This document shows, in pieces, positions 62,421 through 64,000 of a stretch of 64,000 bases of DNA (the first letter of the stretch is position 1; each line of letters opens with the position of its first letter). The stretch spans positions 5,518,001 through 5,582,000 of the forward strand of contig NC_081331.1 in assembly GCF_022539665.2 (NCBI RefSeq), given 5' to 3'. The stretch comes from Daphnia carinata. Taxonomy: Eukaryota. A program made the translations under genes and the position numbers. The notes beneath the pieces were generated by a model. That model saw only the letters and a program-made list of their open reading frames with translations. It did no database searches and was not told the origin of the DNA.

Positions 62421-64000
62421 TTAGGTCGGTGGGGATTTATTCACTTGTGACCGCCGTGCAATCCTTTGACACCGTGGACAAGATGCCGGGGTGCTCCAGC
62501 ACGGTCGGTGAAAGCAGCTACCACACTGATTACAGCGAATCACAGTGTCCACTTGGAAAGGAAAGATCACTTCAGACGAATGACATTTTTCACAGAGAAA
62601 TCCCCGGGCTTTGCATAACTAGAAAGCATATTGAAAAGATGAGACGATCACACTCTAGGCAGAAAATGTTATGATGATACCTCGCAGTGAATGATGTGCT
62701 TCATTCCATTTGAAACAATTTGGCGCAAAATCTGGAATAGTTCACCAGAATTTACCCTGGTTAGATCATACAATGAATATATTTCAGGGTCCTCGAGCCA
62801 ATCCGCCGCTTGTTTTCGGAATTCTTCCCAGACACTAGAAACACAGATATTTAAAAATTATACAATGACATAAAAAAGATATAATTATGACATACTCGGA
62901 ACCGAAACGGCAAATACGTAGGAATTCTGCAACATTTATTAGCTGTAAACGTAGCTCAAGGACTTTGTTTAGTTGTCGACACCGACGGTATAGCAACGGA
63001 TTAATGTAACCCAGTCGAAAGAGGGGATCAAACCACATTCTTTCTAGCAGATCATATGAAAAGTTTGAAACAGGATACCTGCAAAGAAACAAAATGATAT
63101 ATATCAGGTTCAAAAAAAAAACAAAAAAACAATACACGAGCTTACTTTCTAAAATCCCATTTCTTGAAAATCCGACTAGGCACAACAAAGGTTTTGTTCG
63201 AATGGCAAGCTGTGCAGAAATAACGTCCCAAATAATGGCAATAACGGAAGTTATGACTGTGTTCGGGTTCAACTCTCATGCCACACCCCGCACAGCGATA
63301 ATTTTGTTTCGCCATGACAACCTTGAGACTGTGAAACAACTACATGAATACCACACGAGCAATGAAAATAGTTTAGCATCTCACTTACTTCGGTGACGTA
63401 TACACAGCAAAGACGATCTGAGGACGCGGCGGTGCCCATTCACTATTTCCTCGAAGGTTTGTCATCTGCCCCTCATCAATTTCGTTTTCTTTCAATTGCA
63501 TGAATGGATCATCAGGATTGATGGGCCAACTTTGTGGCATTGGCAACAGCTAAATGGATTGTTATGATAAGCATTGAGCGAAAAATTGTACGAATGCGAC
63601 TAGTCAATTATTACGTGTTGGGGTGCATCCTTCTCCGACACTAGCCATTCCATATCCGATTCGTTTGGTAGCCGAAGTTGACTGAAGTGGCCCAAAAGAT
63701 TAAGTGCAACGTTTTCGGCAGAAACAGTTGATTCATTAAGAATTCCTAATGAAGGTGAGGGTGTAGAAGCAGAGACTGGTGATGGAGGTGACGGGGTAAA
63801 CAGGGCTCGCCGGCTAGTAGAATCACCACTTATTCGATGTTGTTTGACGGCAATAGGAGCGCTCGGCATTACGGTGGTCGCATCGGATGGATTTTCGGAT
63901 TGAAAACCCGAATTCATTCGAGATATCAAACGCGAATGAACGCGTCTCAAACGAGCCAATTTTCGCGATCTTCGTCTTTCTTTTTCAATTGCTGAGCAAA
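62421..64000 (-). CDS. RUBCN: Rubicon (RUN and Cys-rich Beclin-1-interacting protein), 3' part
   Basis: SAENVALNLL, LPNESDMEWLVSEKDAPQ, LRGNSEWAPPRPQIVF, QNYRCAGCG, RYCHYLGRYFCTACH...PSRIFKKWDF and CKARGFLCEKC...CPRC; stop 62421-62423. Confidence 0.92.

Overview
Gene-dense, AT-rich animal genomic DNA with many ~55-90 bp GT-AG introns; gene content and intron size suggest a branchiopod crustacean such as Daphnia (inference). Genes in order: KCTD3/SHKBP1-like (3' part), a pteropsin-type c-opsin, symplekin, a PhyH-family 2OG/Fe(II) dioxygenase, THADA (with an antisense IL-17-like cystine-knot gene nested in its large intron), Tis11/ZFP36, PIG-C, RpL15 (hosting an intronic U14-like C/D snoRNA), PHF13/23-like, GRIPAP1, an FGD-family RhoGEF, FAM122/PABIR and the 3' part of Rubicon. 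The standout is a ~6.1 kb composite foldback element (12395-18459) between symplekin and the PhyH gene. It has diverged ~240 bp outer TIRs and an inner ~2.25 kb near-perfect palindrome. Each arm carries a decayed, spliced gene pointing to the centre and a GC-rich chain of hairpins. The ~0.5 kb spacer holds three tRNA-like A/B-box units, and a consensus CTCF-type motif lies near the right TIR. It is a candidate hairpin-RNA (endo-siRNA) silencing locus and/or mobile insulator, but must first be validated against assembly artefact. Separately, Tis11 sits alone in a ~12.7 kb domain bracketed by convergently oriented CTCF-like motifs (five clustered on the right) and enriched in perfect CRE sites. 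Exon boundaries were read by eye and all family calls rest on recalled motifs, not database searches.
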